A stretch of 62,752 bases of DNA, filler included, from Stramenopiles sp. TOSAG23-2 (taxonomy: Eukaryota): the NCBI GenBank assembly GCA_900128395.1. It is 31 parts of 31 records of this genome, joined end to end, with 100 filler letters (N's around TTAATTAATTAA, not from the genome) between each part and the next. Parts side by side here need not be neighbours in the genome. Positions count along the whole stretch, not along the records: positions 22,423 to 24,353 come from LT652196.1; positions 24,454 to 26,384 come from LT652197.1; positions 26,485 to 28,414 come from LT652198.1; positions 28,515 to 30,443 come from LT652199.1; positions 30,544 to 32,472 come from LT652200.1; 26 more parts are not named here. One strand, written 5' to 3'. The notes under the pieces are model-generated. The model saw nothing but the letters and a program-made list of their open reading frames with translations. It made no database searches and was not told the origin of the DNA. Position numbers and translations under genes: made by a program. Shown one piece after another: positions 22,424 to 32,572 of the stretch (positions are counted from its first letter, which is position 1; each line of letters begins with the position of its first letter).

Positions 22424-24091
22424 TTAGCCGTTGATCGCAATTATCGGAACCATGGAATTGCTACAAAAATGTTCATAGCTTTTGCCAAACATATTTTTTC
22501 TGGAAAATATGGAGTGCCACCTAGAGGAATACTTGTCATTAAAGGTATTCTTAAAATGCAGACTATGTATAAAAATTTAGGGTTCATTCCATTTGGGCCA
22601 GTGTTGGGATCTGGCAATAGCTTCTATCAGCCTATGTATATGAACATGACGTCGTTTTTGATTGCACTTTTTCATCGTCTTAAGCGATATACGATCAAAT
22701 TTTTGCAAGTTGGTTGGAATTGGATTCGTCTTGCAGCATTTATAATAGTATTTAGTATCGTTGTATCCGAAATAGCATCCGATAGATTATTTAACGGTGG
22801 GGTCATAGAAAATTATAAGATTTGGAAGGCACCAAAATTTTATGGAAACAGTACCGCATTTTGTCCTAAGTGGCGATATCAAACAAAATCTTCTGAAGAA
22901 TATAAATATATCCATGAAGGAGAGAAAAAGGCTATTGCATGGCAAGGTGTTCAGCTAACTTATCTAGTCTATATAATAATTGCTTCGTGGATGTTCTCCA
23001 TACCACGAAGAATCCAAGATTGGTTGTATATCGATGCGCTCAATTTTTGCAAGGATGTCCCAATGACTATTGCATTTGTTTGTTGTGATTTAGCCATATT
23101 TGGTGCAATTTTCATGAGCAATTGGAAGATTCCTCTCGCAATTACAATAGGATGTGTTCTCGTATTGCCAAAGCACGACCATTGCGCACCAATGTACAAC
23201 AAAACATCTGGTGATAAAAGTGGCCGTTTAGCCATCATACGACTTGCATGTTGGATTGGATTGTTGGTAATACTTGAGTTTATGGAAGGAAACATGTTGT
23301 ATTTTGTTGCGCAACTTAATCCAACGCGATTCGATCATATTCCTGCATTTGATGTATGGAAAAATGTGTTAACAGAATCATTCCCAAATATTATCTCATT
23401 TGGTGAAAATGTTTGGAAGCCTGCTGATATGGAATATGAAGTTCTACCGATTTTATTTCTCCTAGTTGTTAATTTAGCTGGGGTATATCCAAGTAATTTT
23501 TTCATTTCACCCAGGGAACCAAAATATGTTGTAGATGAAGCATTGAAAATTGTGAAAACTATAATTGTAAGCCATACCTTCGTCAGACCGATACTTTTTA
23601 CGAGTACATTGCTTCCATCGCAATTTCATGAGTGTTACCAAGGTCGATTTGGGTATCTCGACACGCATACAAAATTATGGGATAAGTTAAGCAAGCCATG
23701 GGAAACAATGGTTGGAGGCTGCAATGATCTTTTACCAAGTGGACATGCTATCATTGGAACAATTTGTTGCCTTACCATTGCTAAGTATCGGGGTGGATTA
23801 ATGTGCTGGCTTTCATGGCTTGCATGGCTTTACACTGCTGTAATGATTGTAGGTCAAGGTCATCATTACTCTGTTGATATTTTTGTTGGAATTTTCATTG
23901 CAGCAACAACATGGTATATTTGTCATGATGGCGAGATAACATGGTGTGGTAGGTCATATGCAAAAATTCGAGTTAAACTTCAAGCTGCAAAAAAATCTAC
24001 AGGTAGTCCAAGAAGAAAAAGATCAAGATCAAACTCTGAAGATTATATCCATAAAAGTTTTTTAAGCAAAGAGAAAGAAATCCACATATAA
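22424..24091 (+). CDS. GNAT acetyltransferase domain fused to sphingomyelin/IPC-synthase-type (PAP2_C) membrane domain (5' partial)
   Basis: LAVDRNYRNHGIATKM and MYKNLGF (GNAT); several TM segments; GGCNDLLPSGH and HHYSVD. Confidence 0.78.
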   Translation, partial: LAVDRNYRNHGIATKMFIAFAKHIFSGKYGVPPRGILVIKGILKMQTMYKNLGFIPFGPVLGSGNSFYQPMYMNMTSFLIALFHRLKRYTIKFLQVGWNWIRLAAFIIVFSIVVSEIASDRLFNGGVIENYKIWKAPKFYGNSTAFCPKWRYQTKSSEEYKYIHEGEKKAIAWQGVQLTYLVYIIIASWMFSIPRRIQDWLYIDALNFCKDVPMTIAFVCCDLAIFGAIFMSNWKIPLAITIGCVLVLPKHDHCAPMYNKTSGDKSGRLAIIRLACWIGLLVILEFMEGNMLYFVAQLNPTRFDHIPAFDVWKNVLTESFPNIISFGENVWKPADMEYEVLPILFLLVVNLAGVYPSNFFISPREPKYVVDEALKIVKTIIVSHTFVRPILFTSTLLPSQFHECYQGRFGYLDTHTKLWDKLSKPWETMVGGCNDLLPSGHAIIGTICCLTIAKYRGGLMCWLSWLAWLYTAVMIVGQGHHYSVDIFVGIFIAATTWYICHDGEITWCGRSYAKIRVKLQAAKKSTGSPRRKRSRSNSEDYIHKSFLSKEKEIHI

Positions 24092-24503
24092 AATTTCAAT
24101 CTGAGAGCGATGTAAAAGAAGTAGGCCTAATGCTATTTCCTTCCTATTTTAAAATAAGGGAAAACGTATCTGGATAATTTTACTATATCTTACAGTATTT
24201 GTAAATATATAAAATTACCTATTTGGGTTATATTCCGTATAATTTGAGTTTTTTTTTAAGTTCACGAACTAACAACAATTTCACACATCAGTTTTCACAT
24301 CAGTCCAATACCAATCTGGCAATGTCCAATTTAATAAATTGTTGTTCAACTTTNNNNNNNNNNNNNNNNNNNNNNNNNNNNNNNNNNNNNNNNNNNNTTA
24401 ATTAATTAANNNNNNNNNNNNNNNNNNNNNNNNNNNNNNNNNNNNNNNNNNNNATATCGAATATTAAGAGTATACTAATAAATACATATTACTAGTGACC
24501 CTG

Positions 24504-24724
24504 ATTATGTGTTAAGAGAAAATTTTTATATTTTATATACGACGTGTCGTACCAGGTATATACGTAATATAAAAGTTTTAATTTTACGCGCATGATTATA
24601 AGAGTTCGTATTTTTTTTAATTTATGTGTGAATGATAATTCCTACTCCTTCAAAAGAATACGTACCAATAACCGAGGCAGTAAATATCTACACGCATCTC
24701 ACACTAGGACGTTGATATTCTCAT
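24504..24724. repeat. Dispersed intergenic repeat; related copies at 15821-15953 (inverted), 36945-37014 and 13414-13450
   Basis: Core atgataattcctactc in three scaffolds with alignable flanks; 13414 matches only the 5' part. Confidence 0.8.
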
Positions 24725-25067
24725 ATATATATATACATACGGAAGCGTGAGATATCATATCATACGGTATATATTGCATCGGTTAATTCATATGACAATT
24801 CCTAAAATCTCAAAACAATACAGTGACTGAACCAATATTAATTATTAAATTACATCTTACAAAAAATGTGTCAATAAATTCCACAACAGGTAATACCGAT
24901 GAAGGTAAATGAATGTTATCAACCGGTCGTTGTTGAAAAATGGGCATGGCCATGTGATGCAAGATAAATAACCAAACATGACATATTGCATGATATTAGA
25001 ATTCCCTTCTTTGCAAATTTGTTGCATTACCTGTCAGATTTAGCTTTGAAACTACTATCTACACATT

Positions 25068-26384
25068 CTAGAATTGAACAAAGTTTTTATCTGGATGTAT
25101 GTAACTGACCAATGCAACCCCTCTCCGTTTACATTCATTTAAACTTAATCCGTCATCATTCTTTTTTTTGTTGCATGGTATTAAAATTCGACAGACTTGA
25201 TTGGAACTTTCATCGCCTCTCATCCGATCGCGGTCTGATGTTAAATAAAATGGACATGAGTAAGAGGCTTCGCTGCCACTTCCACTACTACTACTACCAC
25301 TGTTTTCAATTTTAACTTTGCTGCAATAAATGCCATGCACGCACGAGTATAATTTTAAAGAATCAGCTTCAACAATGCATTTTAAATTAGAATCCCATCC
25401 TGCTCCATCTATATAAATATTTTTAAATATTAATGCATCTTCTGGTAATTTGAATGACATTGTTTTACCATCCTTGTTTTCTCCTTCCATTACTGTTTTT
25501 CCAATAATCTGACTTTCAGGTAATGGACACATGCCCTAAAGGCAAGAACAAAAGATTTAAACGTATATCTTTTTTGAAGGTAATAGAACCATTGCATATA
25601 GAGGACAAGTATTCGCGCCTATAACTTAATTGCTTCAACAAATATGGTAAAGGTATTCTTCTACGGTTGCATTGAGTGAAACGATATGCAAATGCTCCAT
25701 ACCATTCCTTCGGTACAATACCGTTCAATAAGTCAGCAATTTCCCTGAAGAGACTGTTTGTGAGCTCGATTTTGCCATCAAAAAGTGATTTCAATATCTT
25801 ATATTTTCCAGACAAATCATCCATCATTTCATTGAATATTGTAACTTCTCTCCGGATGACAGTAACCGTTTCTTTATCCATTTCAATCCATAGATGGTTG
25901 TCCACGTCAACACTAGCAGGTACAGATTCCATTTGCCCAAATATTATATTTTCAGAAAATACTTCTTGGCTGCCATCATTAAACCGAAATCCCTTGCCAC
26001 AATTATCATCACGACTAACAGTATTTACGCTGATGCAATACAGGGTCTGCATTGTTTCTTTCAAGCGCAAACGTAGATATTCGTTATGGGCATTTGGACC
26101 AAGTCCGACGATGCTAGTATCAGAGACACTAGAAATATTTTGAACATGACTTTTGTATCTTTCTAATGCTTTTATAGATCCTTCCAATTGATCTTCATTT
26201 TTTTTTTTGCGCCTCTTTCTTTTCTTTTTGCCGCGAGGAGTATTAATCTCCACAGTGCTATCAATACCAAACATTTGTGCCTTATCTTCGGAGCCACCAT
26301 ATAAAAATGGATACGGCGATTCTTTTAATGCATCAGAACAAATTACTGTTTTAAATATAGATTTGATTGCATAAACATCGTTTG
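25068..26384 (-). CDS. Divergent dynein heavy chain C-terminal region, with a frame break near 25516-25532
   Basis: VIRREVTIFN, LLNGIVPKEW, RREYL, NIYIDGAGWD, YSCPFYLTSDR, RRGVALV. Confidence 0.75.
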
Positions 26385-26484
26385 NNNNNNNNNNNNNNNN
26401 NNNNNNNNNNNNNNNNNNNNNNNNNNNNTTAATTAATTAANNNNNNNNNNNNNNNNNNNNNNNNNNNNNNNNNNNNNNNNNNNN

Positions 26485-26920
26485 GATAACAAGGAAACTC
26501 CTGAAATTAATGCTTTTGCTAAAATATTAGGAATATTACAACCTAACAACTTTTCCACACAATTTGTTGTTAGGTAATATCTGTCATCACCAACTTTATT
26601 GCAGTTGTTTAACTATTTTGCTTTTTTTATTTTCATAAAAGATAACAAGGAAACTCCTGAAATTAATGCTTTTGCTAAAATATTAGGAATGTTACAACCT
26701 AACAACTTTTCCACACAATTTGTTGTTAGGTAATATCCGTCATCACCAACTTTATTGCAGTAAAGAAGTATCTTTGTCAAAATGCCGCAGGCAGATTTGT
26801 TTAACTCGTACATAACAATTATTTTGTTACCGACTTGGGTTGCTTTTTCTTCCCTTTCATCATCATCTTCAACAACAACCACTTTTCCACACAATTTGTT
26901 GTTAGGTAATATCCATGATC
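26485..26920. repeat. Diverged direct repeat (26485-26603 vs 26641-26760) plus a third partial copy near 26883
   Basis: ttttccacacaatttgttgttaggtaatatc occurs three times. Confidence 0.85.
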
Positions 26921-27902
26921 TGGTATATTTATAAAAGAACATTATAAATCTACATATTCCTTGCCATGAGTGTTGGTATTGACCTAGGTCTACACCACTA
27001 ATGTGTAATAGATATATTGAATTCCACGTATACTCTGATTTTTATGTAACATAGAAAATGTTGCACAGAAAATATTTTTTAATGCCAATCTGTTTTGTTG
27101 CTTCACATTTCTTACCAGTCTTTTGATTTCACTTTTTTCAGCCCTTTGCTAGCCCTTTGCTGAACTACCAAAATTTTTTGATGAAGGCCATCTGTTGTAA
27201 AAAAATGCCTTCTTAATTCTTGCGCAACATATTTTCCCTTGTTTACTTTTAACACCTTTTTTTTTATGTTTAACACCTTTATACATTTCATGGGTGAAAC
27301 TTAGCAACACATTAAAATCGTTTTGACAAAAGGATGAATGTTTGAACCATAGTGGTTCCACCTACAATCGATGCTGCAATTTAAATTGATTGTTCCGCGT
27401 GGAGCAAATTTCCCACCAATTAATCTTTGTTATCATGATATTGGAAAGCTAGGTGGAGCGTATACGACTCATACGGTTATAGCAGCAACCCAGTCCCAGG
27501 CGAATGAAATTTTGGGGTTAGCAGGGAAGTGGTGCGTCGGCCGTTTTACTCATCAGAGATGTTACAAGTGGCCCGTCAACGGATAGCACCGGGAGTAGAT
27601 ATCATCATCTGGGAAGGTACTAATAAAACATATGTATGTGTGTACAAAGGTACTATGGTTGCTATAGATGCGCCAATATATATAATGGATGTTGCAAATG
27701 TCGAAAGGCAGCAACAGGAAAATTGCAAAACAAAGAGGAAGTACCAAAAGCAAGAAGTGAAATTCCATTTTGTGTGTTTGTATGTGCCTGGACGTTCGTA
27801 TTGTTAGAGTGTGTCGTATTGTTAGAGTGCGGATATTATTAAGCAGTTGGACTGCCTAGTAATTCCTTTATTTACAGAGCTAGATACATGTATGCCTTAA
27901 TA

Positions 27903-28016
27903 ATTCAGATAGGCAGTGCAAGTATACAAAATGGTCGTGCTATTCCACCATAATTTTGCCCTAAATTATGGTGGAATAGCACGACCATCTTGTATACTTT
28001 CACTACCTATCTGAAT
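27903..28016. repeat. Long inverted repeat: 54-bp arms, 3 mismatches, 6-nt loop
   Basis: 27903-27956 is the reverse complement of 27963-28016 except at three positions. Confidence 0.92.
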
Positions 28017-28514
28017 AACAGGGGATTTCGACGTGACTAGAATCTGGCCAGGGCTGGTTAAGACGATGACTAGAATCTGGTTAAGGGAAAATAAACTACA
28101 AGGCTTATATAGGCGTGAGCGTATGAGAGCGTATAAAACTGTAACAATAAGTAAACTTCTACTATTCAAAAAAAAAAAACTAAAAAAAACATTGAATTGC
28201 AACAATTGTTGTTTTTGTGAAAAATAATACAAAAAAACAAACAAATGTTAACATAGTGTATCTAAGATTTGAACCGAGAAACATTATTAAAGCATATATA
28301 CCAAACAAAAAAATAAAACACTAATACCATCATAATATAGATACGTACAATGTCCAAACGAAAATCTTGTAAAGAACGTAATCATTCAGAATGTGAATCG
28401 GGATGGCAAGCAAANNNNNNNNNNNNNNNNNNNNNNNNNNNNNNNNNNNNNNNNNNNNTTAATTAATTAANNNNNNNNNNNNNNNNNNNNNNNNNNNNNN
28501 NNNNNNNNNNNNNN

Positions 28515-30442
28515 TATGTTTGATCTTTAACAAAAGTCTTCAATGTCAATCCAGTACCATCATGTCCATTACGACCATCTTTGCCGTTTGCACCATTCGC
28601 CCCGTCTTTACCATTAGCACCTGGTATACCTGGGGCACCATTTATACCGTTCACCCCGTCTTTGCCGTTAGTACCGTCTTTACCTCCTTTACCGTCTGCT
28701 CCATTTTTACCATCATGGCCATTGTTACCATCTTTGCCAGCTTTACCATCATGACCATTAGTACCATCCTTACCATTAGTGCCAGGTGTACCTTGTTTAC
28801 CATCTTTACCTTCAGGTGCTTTGAATTCTATCCAATGATGTTTATCTAACTCTTTTGATGGAAATTCTGCAGCGGTAAATGTGGCTGCAGCAATATACAT
28901 GGAATCGCGGTTTGGATCTTTACTTGATGGTGCAAATACATAATCACCCTTGTTGTATGTTCCCTGCAATGTAAATGTTTTCAAAGTCAATCCAGTACCA
29001 TCATGTCCATCACGACCATCCTTACCATTAACACCGTTTGTACCATCTTTACCATTAATACCATCTTTACCATTAGTACCATCTTTACCGTTTGCTCCAT
29101 CTTTACCATTAGAACCTGCAGCACCATCAGTACCGTCTTTTCCGTTCTTACCATCATGCCCGTTCTGACCATTAGAGCCATCTTTTCCTGGTATACCTTG
29201 TTTACCTTGTTTACCTTCCGGTGCTTTGAATTCCACCCAATGATTTTGATCAAGCTCCAACGATGGAGATTTTAAGGCTGTAAACTCTTTCGCAGCAATA
29301 TACATTGAATCATGTTTTGGATCTTTACTTGATGGTGCAAATACATAATCACCTTTATTGTATGTTTGATCTTTAACAAAAGTCTTCAATGTCAATCCAG
29401 TACCATCATGTCCATTACGACCATCTTTGCCGTTTGCACCATTCGCCCCGTCTTTACCATTAGCACCTGGTATACCTGGGGCACCATTTATACCGTTCAC
29501 CCCGTCTTTGCCGTTAGTACCGTCTTTACCTCCTTTACCGTCTGCTCCATTTTTACCATCATGGCCATTGTTACCATCTTTGCCAGCTTTACCATCATGA
29601 CCATTAGTACCATCCTTACCATTAGTGCCAGGTGTACCTTGTTTACCATCTTTACCTTCAGGTGCTTTGAATTCTATCCAATGATGTTTATCTAACTCTT
29701 TTGATGGAAATTCTGCAGCGGTAAATGTGGCTGCAGCAATATACATGGAATCGCGGTTTGGATCTTTACTTGATGGTGCAAATACATAATCACCTTTATT
29801 GTATGTTTGATCTTTAACAAAAGTCTTCAATGTCAATCCAGTACCATCATGTCCATTACGACCGTTGGTACCATCTTTACCATTTGATCCATCTTTACCA
29901 TTAGCACCTGGTAAACCTGGGGCTCCATGCTCACCTCTTGTTCCATCACGACCATCACGACCGTCTTTACCATCCTTACCATTATGACCATCTTCTCCAT
30001 TGTGCCCATTAGTACCATCTTTTCCTGGTATACCTTGTTTACCTTGAGGTGCTTTAAATTCCACCCAATGATTATTGTTATTATCTAGATATGGAAATTT
30101 ATCAGCACTAAATTCTGTTTCCGCTATCCACATAGAGTCATGATTTTGATCTGATTTTGATCTCGAAAATACATAATCACCATGTTTGTATGTGTGGCCT
30201 TTTACAAATTGTTTTAACGTCAATCCAGTACCAGCATTACCTGTATTACCTTTGGCGCCAACATCACCTTTTGCACCATTAGCACCAACGTCACCTTTAG
30301 CACCTTTAGCACCAACGTCACCTTTTGCACCTTCTTTACCAGTGTCACCTTTTGCACCTTCTTTACCAGTGTCACCTTTTGCACCTTCTTTACCTTGAGG
30401 TGCTTTAAATTCCACCCAATGATTATTGTTATTATCTAGATA
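28515..30442 (-). CDS. Collagen-like (Gly-X-Y) protein with interspersed ~60-aa CBM5/12-like modules (internal fragment)
   Basis: GKDGTNGKDG tracts alternate with LTLKTF..TYNKGDYVF..DSMYIA..P..HW.EFKAP; 846-bp higher-order duplication (28515 vs 29361). Confidence 0.85.
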
Positions 30443-30543
30443 TNNNNNNNNNNNNNNNNNNNNNNNNNNNNNNNNNNNNNNNNNNNNTTAATTAATTAAN
30501 NNNNNNNNNNNNNNNNNNNNNNNNNNNNNNNNNNNNNNNNNNN

Positions 30544-32454
30544 AACGTCTTTAGTTTCTACCATGCCTTGGGTGGAAAAAATGTAATGGATAGTAAAGTT
30601 GAGGATATAAAAGATTCAATTGTCAGAGAATGGTGTAGAAATATCCAATTGATTTTTTTGGATAAAAAAGCTGATCTTTTTGGCGCGTTAATGGACTTTG
30701 ATATTGATGCAGCAGGTGTTGCTTATGATGGTAAAAATGTTTATGCATTGCCACGAGCAGTACGAGGGATCAATACCAATACACAGCTCATGCGACCAAA
30801 CATTATACGGCATACTCGGAATCGACATCGCATCCGAAAATATGTTGCTAGGGGGTTTCAACCATTTTTTTATGATTTTTTGTGTACACATACTCCTAAA
30901 TGCAACCATGATAATTTCCTTTGTTTTTTGAAAAAGGAAACTAAAATTGACTATTATCTGGATAGAAGCAAAGTTGCCAAAGATATAAAATACGAACCTG
31001 ATTACAAAGACAGTGGTGAGGACAATATCTGGGCGTGTTGCCATACTCATGAATATGCTAATCTCGAAAAATGGAGAAGTGAATGTACATGGCGTGATGT
31101 GCATGGACACCCCCTTTATCAAAAAAATCGACCTTCTCTTGATAATACGCCATATATGCCTAAGAAAGATGGTGTGTCACTCAGGCCTCGTAATTCCGGT
31201 GCTCATTGCCATGGTTTCGATAATTATTATAATTTTACGGAATTTGAAAAAGCAGATGGTGACGCAATCAAATTTTTTGCGGAACGTTACAAATGGTCTG
31301 AAGAAACATATAGTATGGTGGCTGCCCAACCGACTGACACTTTGATAGCATGTAGAAGCTGCTATAAAGATTACAGAGTGTTAAATAGTTTCAGCAAACT
31401 ATCAACAGCCCAGAGGCGTATATTCGATAGTGTTGAAGTTGAAAGAAAAAATGTTAATGGCGATATAGTATCGGAAGTAGCATTTGCACATTCTTTAAAT
31501 GGAGAGTATTGGTATTGTGCTGGGGCAGTGCCAAAGCTTCCATGGGGAGAAGAACGAGGGGGCCTTGGTTCGCATTTTGGATATGATGAGGATAAGTATG
31601 ATTTATTCCCCTTTTCAATAGCTGATGTTGAGCTCAAATGTTGCAAACAACAACGGGGAGAACATTTGCGATTTATTGAAGAACATATAGATGATGAATT
31701 TATTAATTTGAATCCGTTTTTTTACAATAAATGCATCACAAAGGAATTAAAATTGAATGACAGTGATGGCGGTTGTAAAGACAATGATAATAATACTAGT
31801 GATAGTGATGATACCGATGAATATGATAGTTCATTTTATTCAGTCGGGGCAAAACATGCGGCATTTTCAGAGGATCATGATATATCTGAAATGCAAGCTG
31901 CAACATTTCATAGAGGTAATTTAGTACAAGGTTNNNNNNNNNNNNNNNNNNNNNNNNNNNNNNNNNNNNNNNNNNNNNNNNNNNNNNNNNNNNNNNNNNN
32001 NNNNNNNNNNNNNAGAGGCAATTTAGTACAAGGTTTTCTACCACGTTTTGTACATAGTAAAGATTTAAAAGTCCTTCTTCAATTAAACAAAGTTGTTGAA
32101 CTGCGTGGCCCATGTCGCCCACCAATTGGACTAAACCCGGAGCGTTACATTTCTAATTGTAAATATTGCAAGAAATTTATGTATCGTAGTGAAATAAACG
32201 ATAATGATTGCGGTACATGCGTGAAAGATGTGTCAAAACTTGAGCGGCCAGCGAAAAAAATGAAAGTCAGCAAGAAGCTACAAACGCAATTGGGTGCAGA
32301 AGAAACAGCAAGAAATACGTTTAACTTTATTGGAGACTCTACTACCAGTAAAAGTAAAAGAAGTGAACGTGCAGAAAACAGAAATGGCGATGATATGATT
32401 GCCAAGGCATTAGCAGATGTATGTACAGTGCATGATTTGTATGGTGGTATATGA
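30544..32454 (+). CDS. Hypothetical protein with a putative nucleotidyltransferase-like segment and Cys/His-rich region (5' partial, internal gap)
   Basis: NIQLI..MDFDIDAAGVAYDGKNVYALPRA..RIRKYVARGF; several CxxC. Confidence 0.55.
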   Translation, partial: NVFSFYHALGGKNVMDSKVEDIKDSIVREWCRNIQLIFLDKKADLFGALMDFDIDAAGVAYDGKNVYALPRAVRGINTNTQLMRPNIIRHTRNRHRIRKYVARGFQPFFYDFLCTHTPKCNHDNFLCFLKKETKIDYYLDRSKVAKDIKYEPDYKDSGEDNIWACCHTHEYANLEKWRSECTWRDVHGHPLYQKNRPSLDNTPYMPKKDGVSLRPRNSGAHCHGFDNYYNFTEFEKADGDAIKFFAERYKWSEETYSMVAAQPTDTLIACRSCYKDYRVLNSFSKLSTAQRRIFDSVEVERKNVNGDIVSEVAFAHSLNGEYWYCAGAVPKLPWGEERGGLGSHFGYDEDKYDLFPFSIADVELKCCKQQRGEHLRFIEEHIDDEFINLNPFFYNKCITKELKLNDSDGGCKDNDNNTSDSDDTDEYDSSFYSVGAKHAAFSEDHDISEMQAATFHRGNLVQGXXXXXXXXXXXXXXXXXXXXXXXXXXXRGNLVQGFLPRFVHSKDLKVLLQLNKVVELRGPCRPPIGLNPERYISNCKYCKKFMYRSEINDNDCGTCVKDVSKLERPAKKMKVSKKLQTQLGAEETARNTFNFIGDSTTSKSKRSERAENRNGDDMIAKALADVCTVHDLYGGI

Positions 32455-32572
32455 ATTTTGTAATTTTTAAAGNNNNNNNNNNNNNNNNNNNNNNNNNNNN
32501 NNNNNNNNNNNNNNNNTTAATTAATTAANNNNNNNNNNNNNNNNNNNNNNNNNNNNNNNNNNNNNNNNNNNN

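Noticed and set aside
26540-26915. CRISPR-like spaced palindromic repeats
   Set aside because: Only three copies, spacers over 120 bp and partly duplicated, no cas genes, eukaryotic context
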